The position numbers were made by a program, and so were the translations under genes. From the NCBI RefSeq assembly GCF_018350175.1, contig NC_058368.1, forward strand, positions 3,038,001 to 3,102,000: 64,000 nt of DNA, in the 5' to 3' direction. How positions within the stretch are numbered: position 1 is the stretch's first letter; every line of letters starts with the position of its first letter. The notes under the pieces are model-generated. The model searched no databases and was not told the origin of the DNA. It saw only the letters and a program-made list of their open reading frames with translations. This document shows, piece after piece, positions 12,483-25,740 of the stretch. The DNA comes from Felis catus. Taxonomy: Eukaryota.

Positions 12483-15122
12483 ACTAAGAGATCTACATCC
12501 AGGACGCCAGGGGGCCTGCGGCAGGCACTGCAAACACAGAGAACACAGCGGTCACAGGCTTGTCCTGCAGGGCAAGGCGGTAGTTTGCGGGACTCGGTGT
12601 GGTGGGGCTGCGGCTGAGCCACAGTGGGGCACAGAACAGGCGGGTACGGGTAGAGTGGCAGAGACAGAACAGCTGTCTGGAGAGGGAGAGTGGGCTTGGG
12701 AAGAAGTCTGGAGAAGGCAGCCTTTGCAGGTGTAGAGCAGCGACCCAACGGGTGGGGGCAGCGGTGGCCATCCCCAGGGCCCTGGGCAGAGCCCAGCACT
12801 TTGGTGGGTTAGGAATGGTGGCCTGATAGGACCCGCAGCATCAGCCTGGGACACGTGGATGTTGGGGGCGCAGGGAACGGTCCACGGGGATGTCAGAGGC
12901 AGATAGAAGTGCCTCTGACTTCCAGGAAGGCGCCTGAAGGATGAAGGGACCTCAGACCGGGCACACACAGAGTCCTGCAAATGGCAGATGAGAGCCGTCG
13001 GCTCGGCAGGTGCGACTTCAGCCGTGGCGCATGAGACAATCAGGCCTGGGGTGGCCGAGGTACTTCCTTATACCGAAACGTTTTCAACTCACCATTCGGA
13101 CGTTAGTTTTAATGGAAGATTGGCGGTAAGAAAGAATAGAGTCAGATAGCCATTTGTGGCTGTGACCTCTCCAGCCCCGTCGCGTCCAGGATGGTCCGTG
13201 CGTGCCGACCTCTTAGTGGTTTTGCTCACCGACCTGCTCTCAGCTGACGCTGGACCTAAGCTGTCGGCACAGCCTGGAACCCCCAACACCTGGGAGGAGA
13301 AAGGGTCTCCTGAAGGCTCGTGGGACTGAATTGCTTGGTGGCCAGGCCGGACCACAGAGGGACACTTGTGTAGAAGACCAGATTCCTCGCTTAAATCTTA
13401 AGGGTTTGAGAATCAGGCCATTTTCCCGTGTTTACTTTGAGATTCAGTCGTGTCGTTTCCAAACTGCTTAATTCAACTTTTGTAAGCGTATTAGTTAGAG
13501 AGGATTCTCAGGTGAGATTTTTCTGGTTTATTCTTTGACATTCCGATCCCTAAAATCAGGCAACAGATAGGATCACTAAAAAGATGTTAAATTGTGCTAT
13601 AATAATTCAGGGGGCCCTTCGGAAATCCATTTGAATCGTCAACATACCGTTTTTATTTTTTTTCTTAATGAAAATGTACAGACATGCTGAAAAAGTGATT
13701 TTACAAATATATCAAGTTGAGATCTTTTTTTAAGATATGTAAAACATCTCTGTGTAACTTCTTCCAGCAAGGATCTCTAACGTATAAGCTAGAGACTCTC
13801 TCTTCCCCCTGATGTGCTTCTTGTTTTGTGCTCAATTTACTATCCATTTTACCTCTGTTATTTCTGCATTTATTGGATTGCAACTGTCTTAATGAGATTT
13901 AAATGAAAAATCCTGACGTGCCCAGTCCAGGCGTCATATTGAGCCCACATGGCTCGCTAAAGCAGGTACCATAGCAGCGGGGATCCCTAGCTGTCACAGC
14001 TGTGAGTAGGCTCCTAATTGCTTGTGACATGGGGCTGCCTTTTGATCTTGACCATGTTCTCCTAATTATTTAATCTTTGACAACATGAAAACATGTTTAA
14101 CCACATACCATGAATAAAGATCCAGCCTGACTTTTCTCCCGGGGCCTGGTTGAGGCTGCGGATTCTGAACGCTAACAGCAGCGATGGCGAAAAAAATGTT
14201 TATTTCCTGCGCTCCGTTGCAGAAGAACTTGGGGGGCGGGGGGGGGAGGGGAGGCCTCTCCACTCCAGACTTCTGCTGATACATTTCCTGTTGGTTCTGA
14301 ATGACTCTTGAAGCTGTCCCATTCTCAAGCAGTCTGATCAGGTTCACACTGGCTGACAAGAGTTTCCTGGCCTCGGGAAGGGAGAAAGGTCACTCTAGAC
14401 AGACAAAGAGTGGATTCTGCCACATACCGTGCCCATCATTTCTCTTGAGGAATATTCACATTTTCTTTTGTTTCGTTCACATGTCTGTTTCCTTCAACTG
14501 ACTCTAAGCTGCTTACTGGTAGGCCTTTACTTGTTTAGCTATGTATCACCCGCGCTTAGTAAAGGCGCCCTGAGCGAATGAACGAACGAGCAAGTTAACA
14601 GTGTCGTGATTGGATGGGTGCGTGTTAAATGATGTTTGTCTTCGAGGACTTAGCCAATGGCAGAAGTGTAAATCCTGCGGCCTCCGAGTGAGAGATGCAG
14701 AAGAAAACCCGCATCTTTTTCTTAATCACCGCAAAAATATTTTCGCATGAACATTCCCTCCTGGGTCTCCGCAGCATAGCCCAATGTTCTGTAACTGACC
14801 AAGGCACTTCAAGCTTTTTGCTGTGGAGGATAGTTTAAGACGCCAAAGCTCAGAATTTACATGTTCCTTGGTAATGTCTCACTTTTGTTTACATACGCTG
14901 GAGGTATTTGTCTCAGGTCCTGAACTATGGCCGTTTGCTAGCAGAGGTGTTTATTAGCATGACAGGTTGTCGTGTGTTTTGTTTAATACCTGTGCACCTC
15001 TGTGCCTTAGAGGACTGTCCCGGGTCGTGAGAGCCTCCACTAAATTCTGACCCGGCCAGTTCGCACGCCCCTGATGCACGCTCTGCTCTAATTCTTGTCA
15101 TTGGATCGGCGATCTCTCACAT

Positions 15123-15398
15123 CTGGGGTCGCTAGATGTTTTCTGTGAAGAGCCAGGCAGTAAATAATTTGGGCTTTGTGGGTCTCTACCACAATTGCTC
15201 GACTCTGCCGTTGTAGCTCAAAAGCCAACATGGACGGTACCTAACAAATGGGGAAGGCTGTGTGACAATAAATCTGAGCTTTGAATTTCTTGCCATCTCC
15301 ATATCACTAGATATTAGCGTTCTTTTGATTTTTTCCCCCCAATCCGTACAAATGTAAAAACCACTCTGAGCTTGCGGGCTATAGTTTGCTCACCCCTG
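15123..15398. mobile_element. hAT-Charlie MITE, MER58B-like
   Basis: Imperfect TIRs ctggggtcgctaga ... gtttgctcacccctg; internal cgactctgccgttgtagc and aaatgtaaaaaccactctgagc. Confidence 0.8.
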
Positions 15399-16124
15399 TT
15401 ATCCACGGAAAGTGTGTAATATGGAACCAACGTGCAGCCTACGTGGGTCACAATGAAGGTAGCAAGCACCATGAATGGAGGAAACCATTTTTTCCCGAAA
15501 GGACAACACGATGATTCACTGTGAACTTCCTTTCAATTGGCTTCCGATAAACTTTTGTTGGTTCTTATGGCTGCTCCGGGCTTTAGCGTTCCGCATTTGC
15601 TCTGTGTTGCCCTGAGTCCCTTGGGGTCTCGCACAGGCTCGAGCCTCAACTAGGAGGTGCCGGTGTTCTGTCCGCACAAGACGTATTTCTGCCAGTGCCT
15701 TCTCTTCTGTGTTGAGAACATCATGACCGCTGTGCCTGTTGCTTTGGCTGCAGGGAGGGGAGAAGACTTTTGGAGGCAGAAAGAAGATTCCTAAGGCGTC
15801 TGTAGCCCTGAGAGGTGAACCAGAGCTGTTGGAGAGGACAATCCGCCAGTCTGGACAAGATTCTCTTTGGCCTCCTTGGATTTCTCTGCACACCCGGGTT
15901 TCTCCAGTCTGTGTGAGGTCTTAGGTGTCCTATTCTTAGTAATAAGGGAAAGGGAAAGGGTAAAGAGAGGTTCTTCTCTCTTCCCCGAACAGCATTTTTC
16001 TAACTATAAATGAATTTAGCAATTCACACATCCTGAGGCCTTTACCCTTAGTCTACATAAAAAGTCTAGATGTTACGGCAGCTGGAGATTTCTAAAAGAC
16101 CACTCCTAAAATTTAGCCCCTAAT

Positions 16125-17935
16125 TTTTTTCTTTTTTTTTTTTTTAAGCTTTTAACTTTTAGAGCAATTTTAGATTCACAGCAAAATTGAGGAGAGGTAC
16201 GGAGATTTCCCACATAGCCTCTATTCACACACATACCCCACCCCACCCCAATAGTCCCCACCAAGGGAGTACGTTCGTTACAACTGATGAACCTACACTG
16301 ACATAACATTATCACCCAATTCCAAAGGCTACTTAGGGTTCATTCCTGGTGTTGAATATTCTCTGGGTTTAGACAAATGCATAATGACAGGTGTCCATCA
16401 TTATAGTATCATGCAGAATACTTTTCCTGCCATAAAAATCCTCTCTCCTTCACCGATTCATTCTTCACTCCCCGCTGAACCCTGGCAACTATTAATCTTT
16501 ATACTGTCTCCATAGTTTTGCCTTTTCCAGAATGGCATATGGTTGAAATCATACAGTATGTAGCCTTTTCAGATCGGCTTCTTTCATTCAGTAAGAGGCA
16601 TTTAAGATTCCTTTGTGTCTTTTCATGACCTGATAGCTCATTTCTTATTAGTGTTGAGTAATACTCCATTATATGGAGGTACTACAGTTTATTCATGCAT
16701 TCAGCTACTAAAGGAAACCTTAATCATTTCCAATTCTGGGCAATAATAAATAAAGATCCTGTAAAAGTCACATGGAGCGTTCTGTGGGGAGAGATTTCAG
16801 TCCTTTGGGTAAGTACCAAGGAGTGCAATTGCTGGCTCATACGGTTACGAGTGTGTTGAGTTTTGTACAAATCTGCCAAAGTGTCTTCCAACATGGCTTC
16901 CCCATTTTTCACTCTCAACAGCAACTAATGAGAGTTCCTGTTGCTCCATAGCCTCACCAGCACTTGGTGTCATCAGTGTCCTGGATTTTAGCTATTTTGA
17001 CTGGCATATAGTGGTATCTCATTGTTGTTTTGATTTGCATTTTCTTGATGACACATAACGTGGAGCATCTTTCCATGTGCTTACTTGCCATCTATATATC
17101 TCCTTTGGTGAGGCATGTGTTAAGGGTCTGTGGCCCATTTTTAAAACCGGTTTGTTTTCACGTTGACTTTTTAGAGGTCTTTGTATATTTTGGATAATGG
17201 CCCTATGTCAGATGTGTCTTTTGCCAATATTTTCTCCTAGTCTGTGGTTTGTCTTCTCATTCTCTTGATGTCTTTTGCAGAGCAGAAGTAATTTTAATGA
17301 TGTCCGACATGTGAATTCGGTCTTTTAGGGATCATGTAGGTTTTCTCCTATGCGATCTTCTAGGATATTTACAGTTTTGACTTTTACAGTTAGGTCTATG
17401 ATCCATTTTGAGTTCATTAAGATTTTTTTTAATGTTTGTTTATTTTTGAGAGAGCATGAGTGGGGGAGGGACAGAGAGAGAGAGAGAGGGAGACACAGAA
17501 TCTGAAGCAGGCTCCAGGCTCCCAGCTGTCAGCACAGAGCCCGACGCGGGGCTTGAACCAACGAACCTCAACATCGTGACCTGAGCCGAAGTTGGACGCT
17601 GAACTGACTGAGCCACCCAGGCACCCCCATTTTGAGTTCATTTGTGTGAAGAGCATATTGCCTGTGTCTAGATTCACTTGTTTGTATGTGGATGTCCCCT
17701 TGTTCCAGCACCATTTGTTGCAAGACTCTCTTTGCTCCAATGCACGGCCTTTGCTCCTTTGACAAAGACTGAGTATATTTGTGTGGGTCTATTTCTGGGC
17801 TCTCTATTCTGTTCCATCAATCTGTTTTCATCATCACCACTACCACACTGTCTCCATTACTGTAAATTTATAGTAACTCTCGAAGTTGGGTAGCATCAGT
17901 CTTCCGACTCTGTTCTTTTTCTTCAATATTATGTC
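16125..17935 (-). mobile_element. L1 3' fragment (L1MC1-like 3' UTR plus ORF2 C-terminus), decayed
   Basis: Poly-T then tttagagcaattttagattcacagcaaaattgag ... gatgaacctacactgaca; ORF2-like peptide NKWCWNKGTSTYKQVNLD in ORF 17429..17740. Confidence 0.9.
17419..17626 (-). mobile_element. Can-SINE inserted in L1
   Basis: 16-bp TSD ccattttgagttcatt at 17403-17418 and 17627-17642. Confidence 0.96.
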
Positions 17936-19166
17936 CCTTAATTATTTTTGTAAACTTACCTTTGACATGAAATGAAATGAGACATAGAGACAATAGGATT
18001 TGGAATCATCAGAAACCAAACTCACCCTGGGATATTTTAATTCCGGAGTATTTTTCTCTGGAGCTCATTCCAGAGATAGACAAAGAAATGGAGGAAGGCT
18101 GAGGAAAGATTTATGTACATCTTTTTTTCTTTTTCAGTAAGTCTTGTGCTCCAACTCCCATTTGTCACATAGAGCCGCATTATCTGATACTTTTTCTTGA
18201 AAATAAAAAATGATACATTCGCATAGAGATGGAAAGGTATTTTCTTAGAAATTCAAGGAGCAAAATCAGCTGTCAATAAGCTTTTGGAAGGAAGGCAAAG
18301 GATTTGCTAAGAATGTGAGCGTGATAGAGCATTTCTAGCAATATTTGAGACACTATTTGCAACACCTGTTCTAAACTAAATAGAACATTCTATGGAAGCA
18401 TTTGGAAAAAGCAACTTCATCCCGCCCACATCTTTTGTGTTATCACAGAACTACAGAATGCCAACATACTCATATCATTATGGACACATGTGTCAAATTG
18501 ATCACACTCCAAAATCTCTATGATCAAAAAGTTCTCAAGTAATTTTAGTCCTTGACATAATCCACTTCTCAGTTTCAAGACCTTTTTAAACTGTTTCCAC
18601 GAAGGCCGACTTAAAGTCACCCATGTGTGCAGAACGAAGAATGGAATGAGAAACATCACATAGCATCAAAATGCAGAAGGGGCTCTCATTTCAAAACAAA
18701 ACCAATATTTGGGTTTGCCTTGCCCGCACAACTGTACTTTTGCACAAATGTCTAGGTTTCGGGCACATGGTTCTTTTATTCAAAGGTTAAGAGTAGGGGC
18801 CAGGGTCTGTTCTGATTTTACGGTTCAATTTTCAAAAATTTGTAAGCCGTAAGGACGAGTTCACTCTAACTTCTCCAAACAGTTTCCATACAGGGTTACC
18901 ATCACTGGAGAAAAATGTACTTCACGGTGATTTGTTCTACGTGGGCATCACACAGAATTGGGTAAATGGGTCCAGGCCCACTCAATCCATGCACCCATAA
19001 TCTAAATAAGACACATAAGCATTCAGGGGGACCGAGGGCGGCTCATCCTGCTGTGACAGAACTGCGTCTCTCTCCACGTTAATGACTCTCCTCTGCAAGT
19101 TTCCCCCTTGGACACCCCTCTCAATGGAGAGAGTTATTCCGTCCAACAGAGTCTAAGCGACATTTC

Positions 19167-19409
19167 TTTTTATTTTTTTTTATTTTTTTTATTTTATTTT
19201 TTTTTTCAACGTTTATTTATTTTTGGGACAGAGAGAGACGGAGCATGAACGGGGGAGGGGCAGAGAGAGAGGGAGACACAGAATCGGAAACAGGCTCTAG
19301 GCTCTGAGCCATCAGCCCAGAGCCCGACACGGGGCTCGAACTCACGGACCGCGAGATCGTGACCTGGCTGAAGTCAGACGCTTAACCGACTGCGCCACCC
19401 AGGCGCCCC
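19167..19409 (-). mobile_element. Can-SINE SINEC_Fc (young)
   Basis: Near-consensus body; perfect 14-bp TSD ctaagcgacatttc (19153-19166 / 19410-19423). Confidence 0.98.
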
Positions 19410-22400
19410 CTAAGCGACATTTCAAAGAAGTGAGTTTTGAGAAAGAATAAGAAAACTGCTACCCGGCCCGACGAAGCGAACATTTCTGGTAAGGCCTGCC
19501 GGGCAAATGTTCTTGGATGCCGGGGCTACAGTCACACAAAGCCTGACGGTGACATTGTGGAAGACCCGGGCAGACGGAAGCATGAAATACGTGGGAAAAA
19601 GCGGGGTCCTCACTCTCAGCGCTTTCAGAATCCGGACCAGGTAGACTGGCTGTGGGAAGCGGCCAGATACAAAACACAAGGTAGCAGGGAGTCTCGCAGC
19701 CGTCCAGAGAGCATCTGTGCCCCAATCCAAGGGGTTAAACAGTTAATGCACAGCCCCAACAGCAACTGTGCGTGGACCCTGAGCGTGCAACCCCACAGCC
19801 CAGCGCTGGCTCGGAGCAGGGTGGGGCTCGCAAAGGAGCACAAACGCACAGACCGAATGCGAGAACTCCGTGGAGCCAACCAAGGGCTATAAATAGAGTC
19901 AGATCCTGGAGCCACCGCTGGATCTTGGCAGAGACCTCTCAAGATCACAATCGGAGCGCGGGGGGCACCCAACCAGCCAGGGGAGGAGGGACAAAGTAAC
20001 ACTTTAAACACTGCAGGAGGGTGGGTGGTGACTCACTGTCCATTCACTTATTCACCCCATGAAAGAATAGATCGTGGTTTGGAGTCAGATGCTGCCTGCT
20101 TTTACCAGTGATGTTCCCAAACATCAGGGGATCGCCTCTCTGGGACGATGTCGAGATAGAATCAAAATGGCAAAAGTGATCTCGGGGTTACAATCCGTAC
20201 TTTGTTATGCTGGACTCGCTCCTTGCTTTGGGGAGTGTTTAAGAAGAAAATTCTGTTTCTTGCTGCGGCCCCTGCGTCTATGGCCCCGTGGGCCCCCGGG
20301 GACGCTGAGCTGACGAGGTTGCCTCACAGGAGAGGAAAGCCTCGTTCTGGACGTTGGAGAAGGGCACCCTGAGGGGACATCTGACGCCCTGGCGGCTTTC
20401 CGACAGCAGGTGGCCTGGGGCGACTTCTACAAGGCAATGGACATAATATTCACAACCTGCTGGTGCTTTACATTACAACGAGCTTAGAAGACACGGGGGA
20501 AAGTACATTTCTCCTGACATTAAAAACAATGAAAGAAAAAGTTAGTGCGGGCCCTCTATACTATCAAACCTGGATTATGCCAAGCATTTGGTAAATGTTC
20601 CCTAGGGGACAAAGGTAGCAGTATGCTGGCAATCAGTCAGGGAAGGGGGTGCAGAACGGACTCTTAGAGAACCACAGACCCTCGGATGAAAACGTCACTT
20701 GTGATGGTACTACCGATGGTTTTAAAGCTGCAGGCCCAGCAAGCTTGGTAGACGGCATCACGGAGCCCCCACAGGCCCTCACCTGGCTCTCTCGGTTCTC
20801 CCCTCTTTCCTTTCCTTTGTCCCCCACTGTTCCTTCCATCTCCTGCCGGCGCCTGGGAGACCAGGAGATGATCACAGAACCCCGGCGAGCGATTTCTTCC
20901 CCACCCTGGGGTACTGATTTTTCTCAACACGGGTCTGGAGACCACCTTGAGGGGTGACAGGGTAATTCAATTTCCAATCCCATTTCGTTCTTGGTCTCCG
21001 AGTAGAGACTGCCCACAAGGCACCAATTAGGGGAGACAAGAGGCCAAAGGAAAATAGAAGTTTGCTACTGTATTGCATGTGTGTGTTTTGACATTTAGTT
21101 TGAACTTCAACCTGGCCTGTGCTCCTTCGGGAGCTTTTAAAAAGAAATAAACTTCGTCTCATTACCATCAGATACAATGATGGGGGAAATGGGCTGGAAA
21201 AATCCTGAATCTTTTCTGAGCCCTATTTTGCGCCTACAAAGAGAAGGGCAAATTCTTTACTGCTGTGCCATTCGGCTATTATGTTTAACAATCTAATTAG
21301 AAAGGCGGGTAGCCTATTCCCATTGTAAAAGCTAAGACAGTACGCACAAGCAAATCCAATTAGACAGCTGTCCTTTACAGATCGGAGCTGCCCTCCGGCC
21401 AGGTTCTAATGAAGGACCCGCCACCCCAGCCCCTCCCCGCAGCCCCCAGGAGATGGGTTTTGTCCATAAACTGGGCCAGATGACAGTGGCGGTACTTTCG
21501 GGGCTCCCCACCCTGCGGCAGGCGGCGTGGTTACCTGCTTGCCCGCACCCAGCGGGAAGCCTCCGCCCGGGCTCCTGGCCAGCTGAGCCTTCTCGAGTCC
21601 CGGCCGTCAGGGTCTGCCCCACCCTGAGTGCCCTTCTCCTTCTGGACGGGGGTGCCCACCGCGTCCAAGCGGGTCAGACTCATGCTAACAGGTGGCAATA
21701 AATCAGAACCGTGGCTTTCACTTTTATGAATGTTACTTTCCGCACACCAGGGACTTATTTAACTTGAAACAGACCGAAAACTATACATCGAGCGGCATGC
21801 TCGCCATGCCTTTGTTTTTCACCACGTATGGCTTAAATTAAGGCGCCCTGTGTTGAGCAGATTGCTCACTGCAAGCTAGCGATCTGTTTAGTGTTTGGCA
21901 TGTCCCATAAGGCAGTTGTGGTTATTCACAAGTCTATTAATTAAAAGGAGAAACCAGTAAGAGGACTACTACACGGGCCGGGGACCGTGCGGTCACTTTG
22001 AATAAAAAGACATATTAAAATGAGCGCCACCAGACCCTCCCGCGTTCCCTCCCTGGAAGCATCTGATCAGTAGTCCTTGCTGGAACTCAGCGTGTGAAAA
22101 AATGCCCTTGTCATCACCGCGTCCAAAAGGAGGAGTTTTAGGACAAAAATTAGAGCGACGTTGTCTGAGTCGATAGGATTGAAGGGGTGTCAAGGTTTCC
22201 ATGTTTGAAGCTCTGTTTTCATCAGGCAATGACTCATTGAAAAGCATCCACCGCGTGTTGAAATCAGGCCTTATCAGAGCAGAAAGCACAAAGGATCCTT
22301 ACCTTCCCGGAGAAGAAAAAGAACACTCTGCGTCTATCAGCAAGATAGGTACTAACAGAGACTACCCTTATTTTCCTTGGTATTTCGGGGACCAAAGTAT

Positions 22401-22997
22401 TTCTCATGTCATTCTATCTATCCCGCAGCCACGTCCCAAGAACCCTGGAACCAATTTGTGTTATGTGGGAGGAACCGAGTGATTAAATAGTTTTCCCAAC
22501 CTCCCCAAAAGAGTTTGCCAACCTATATAGCCATGGCAGAAGTGGGAATTGTCGGATAACCACCATTCACCTCCTTATGAGTTACCAATGCCCTTTTGAC
22601 CAGGAAGAATCAGATTCTGAAACTGTCCTGTAAAGCGAGTGTTATAAAATTTATATTTGGTTAACATTTTGTGAAAATGGCGATTTGCTTTTGCAAAGAT
22701 GTTCTACGTTGGACAGTTCCGGCATCATGAGCAAATCAGCGATACCTCAACGGCAAATCAGCTGGCAAAATGTGTACTTGGCTTAGTGAAAATTTGCAGA
22801 ACCAAAGAAAAGAAGGGGTACAGACATAGGCTTACTTATCCGTGGCTTCCAGGGACTTATAATCTAATTGGGGAGCCAGACACTTAAACATGAAAATATA
22901 ACCGATTGTTCAGAATAGCCAACATTATATGTATTGGAAATGGGGGCCGTGTTGCGTACCGTTTGATATGGCCATGGCCAGTCCTCATCAAGGTTTT

Positions 22998-23234
22998 TTT
23001 TTTTTTTTTTTTTTTTAATTTTTTTTTTCAACGTTTTTTTATTTATTTTGGGGACAGAGAGAGACAGAGCATGAACGGGGGAGGGGCAGAGAGAGAAGGA
23101 GACACAGAATCGGAAACAGGCTCCAGGCTCTGAGCCATCAGCCCAGAGCCCGACGCGGGGCTCGAACTCACGGACCGCGAGATCGTGACCTGGCTGAAGT
23201 CGGACGCTTAACCGACTGCGCCACCCAGGCGCCC
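22998..23234 (-). mobile_element. Can-SINE SINEC_Fc (young)
   Basis: Long poly-T tail, near-consensus body; TSD caaggtttt (22989-22997 / 23235-23243). Confidence 0.98.
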
Positions 23235-23534
23235 CAAGGTTTTAAAATAATTTGTAAATAAATAAAGCTTTGAGCAACATGTTCATCAAATTCGAAAAGT
23301 CCTGAAATTTCAGATGTAGTTATGTGCTGGATGAATGAATAAGTATCTAAGGGCAAAATGACAAGTTGGAATAATGATTTTAATAGAGCAAAATTTAATG
23401 GGAACAAAAATAAAGACCTCAACTGATATCCCAAAATACAAATACTGAATTACTGAGTGGGGAAAATATTTTACAGCACCCTTAGAAAAGACTGTAGGAT
23501 GAAGGAGTTGAGAGTGAAGGAGAAGAGGACCAAT

Positions 23535-23790
23535 ACTTATTTATTAAGCAGCTACTGTGTCCCAGCCACTGTGGTAGGTGCTTTTCCCAGGTTTTCTCAG
23601 TCTTCACAGCAATGCTGGGATCTTAAGCATCTTGCATCGGGTGAGCATTTTGTATGCACCTTCTGTTTGATTTTCACGAGCATCTCGCAGGGTGGATGCC
23701 ACCTTCATTTTACAGAGATAACTAAGGCTCAGAGAGGTGAAGTCGTTTGGCCAAGGATGACCAGGGAGCAACTTAGGATGAAAAATGGGA
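23535..23790 (-). mobile_element. MIR relic(s)
   Basis: tttattaagcagctactgtgtcccagccactg and ttcattttacagagataactaaggctcagagaggtgaagt (MIR core, reverse). Confidence 0.7.
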
Positions 23791-23815
23791 CTCGCCATGA
23801 AGTCTCTGTATTTAT

Positions 23816-23890
23816 TCTTCATTTTGTTTCGTTTCGTTTCGTTTCATTTCGTTTCATTTCACTTCACTTTATTTCATTTCATTTCATTTT
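23816..23890. repeat. (TTTCG/TTTCA)n pentanucleotide microsatellite
   Basis: gtttcgtttcgtttcgtttcatttcgtttcatttc... Confidence 0.9.
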
Positions 23891-24029
23891 TCCCATACCG
23901 TCTGTCTTTCCAGCAGGCAACGTGACTTCATCGAGAGGCATGTAGTACCCAGAATAAAGAAGAGAGCAGTTCTGTTCTGTTAGAAGAGGGCTTTGTCAGA
24001 GTAGTAAGTACATGGATTGTGCTACCAGA

Positions 24030-24200
24030 TGGCCTGGGCTTCCTCTGAAGCTCTGCCACTTACGAGCTGGGTGCATTGGACAACGTATTAAAATAGCAAC
24101 AACAACAAAAATCTGTGTGCCTCAGTTTTCCCATCTCTAAGGTGAGGATAAGTGTGGTACCTAACCACTCTGTGGTTGGTTGAGACGACTCAGTAAGTTA
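24030..24200 (+). mobile_element. MIR, 5' part (split by L1)
   Basis: gctctgccacttacgagctgggtgc ... tgtgcctcagttttcccatctctaaggtgaggataa. Confidence 0.75.
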
Positions 24201-24202
24201 TT

Positions 24203-25740
24203 GTTTTTTGAAATGTGTTTTTACTGAGATGTACTTGACATGTAATATTACCCCAGTATCAAGGGTAGAACGTAATGATTTGACCTTTGTTCATATTGTC
24301 AAGTGACCACCTCAATAAGTCCAGTTAACATCCTTCACCGCACACAGCTACCGATTTTTTTCTTGTGAGGCAAACGCCAAAGATTCACCTTCTTAGCAAC
24401 TTTCAGATGTGCAGCAGTGTTATTACCCATAGTCCCCACGCTGCACGTCGTATCACTGTGGCTTACTCATTTTAGAACTGGAAGTTTGTGCTTTCACCCT
24501 TTCGCCCGCCCCTTATCCCTGCCTCTGGCAACCACCGGTCTGTTGTCTGTATCTGTGAGTTCAGTTTCTTCTTTTCGATTCCACATATAAGTGAGATCAC
24601 ACAGTATTTGTCTTTCTCTGTCTGATTTATTATTGTAAGATTTTATTCTCTTCTATGGCTGAATTATATATATATATATTTATATACACAGACATATATA
24701 TACATATATATATATACACACACGTATTACACACACGTATATATGCCTATATATACGTGTGTGTATATATATATATATATATACATATATACACATATAT
24801 ACGTGTGTGTGTATATATATATACGTGTATATATATGTGTATATATATATATATATATACATACACCTGTGTATATATGTATATGTACATACACCTGTGT
24901 ATATACGTATATGTACATACACCTATGTACATTATGTCATATCTTCTTCATCTATTCATCCATCAATAGACACTTAGGTTGCTTCCATACCTTGGATAGT
25001 ATAAGGCTGAACATTCAAGTCAGTGTTTTTGTTTCCTTAGACAGACATCCAGGCCCAGCTGGGTCATATGGCAGCTCTATTTTTAATTTCTTGAGGAACC
25101 TCCATACTGTTTTCCACAGCAGCTGCACCAATTTACATCGCCATCAACAGTGCACGAGGGTTCCCTTTTTTCCATGGCGTCACCAACACTTGTGTTTTTG
25201 AGGACTAAGCCATTCGGACTGGTACGAAATGATGTCTCGTTGTGGTTTTGATTTGATAACGATGATTTGATGCTGAGTGCTGTTGAGCATTTTTTCATAT
25301 GCCTATTGACCTTCTGTATGAAAAATGTCTATTCAGATCCTCTGTCCCTTTTGTATTAGTTGGATCGTGCTTTGTTTAGTTTTCTTTTGTTTCTATTGAG
25401 TTGTAGGAGTTCTTCGTGTATTTTGGATATTAATGCTTTATCGGACATGTGATTTGCAAATGTTTTCTCCCATTCTGCGGGCTGCCTTAACATTTTTTGA
25501 TGGCCTCCTTTGCTGTGCAGAAGATGTTTAGGTTGATGCGGTCCCACCTGTTGACTTTCGCTTTTGTCGCCCTTGCTTTTGGTGTCAAATTTGAAAAATC
25601 ATCACAAAGACCAATGTCAAGGAACTTACCCTGTATGTTTTCTTCTAGATTTTATGGCGTCAGGTTTCACATCAAGCCTTTAACCCATTTTGAGTTAATT
25701 TTTGTGTTTGGTTTAAGATTATGGTCCAGCTTCATTTGAA
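24203..25740 (-). mobile_element. L1 3' fragment (L1MA9/carnivore-like), 5'-truncated
   Basis: L1MA-type 3' UTR; ORF2 C-terminal peptides RQPAEWEKTFANHMSDKALISKIHEELLQLN and [15 protein letters not shown]; 9-bp flanking repeat taagttatt. Confidence 0.9.
24665..24930. repeat. Compound (TA)/(CA)/(TG) microsatellite in L1 3' UTR
   Basis: About 265 bp of almost continuous alternating purine-pyrimidine sequence. Confidence 0.95.

Noticed and set aside
24655..25201. Tyr/Ile/Cys-rich ORFs
   Set aside because: Translations of the (TA)n compound microsatellite
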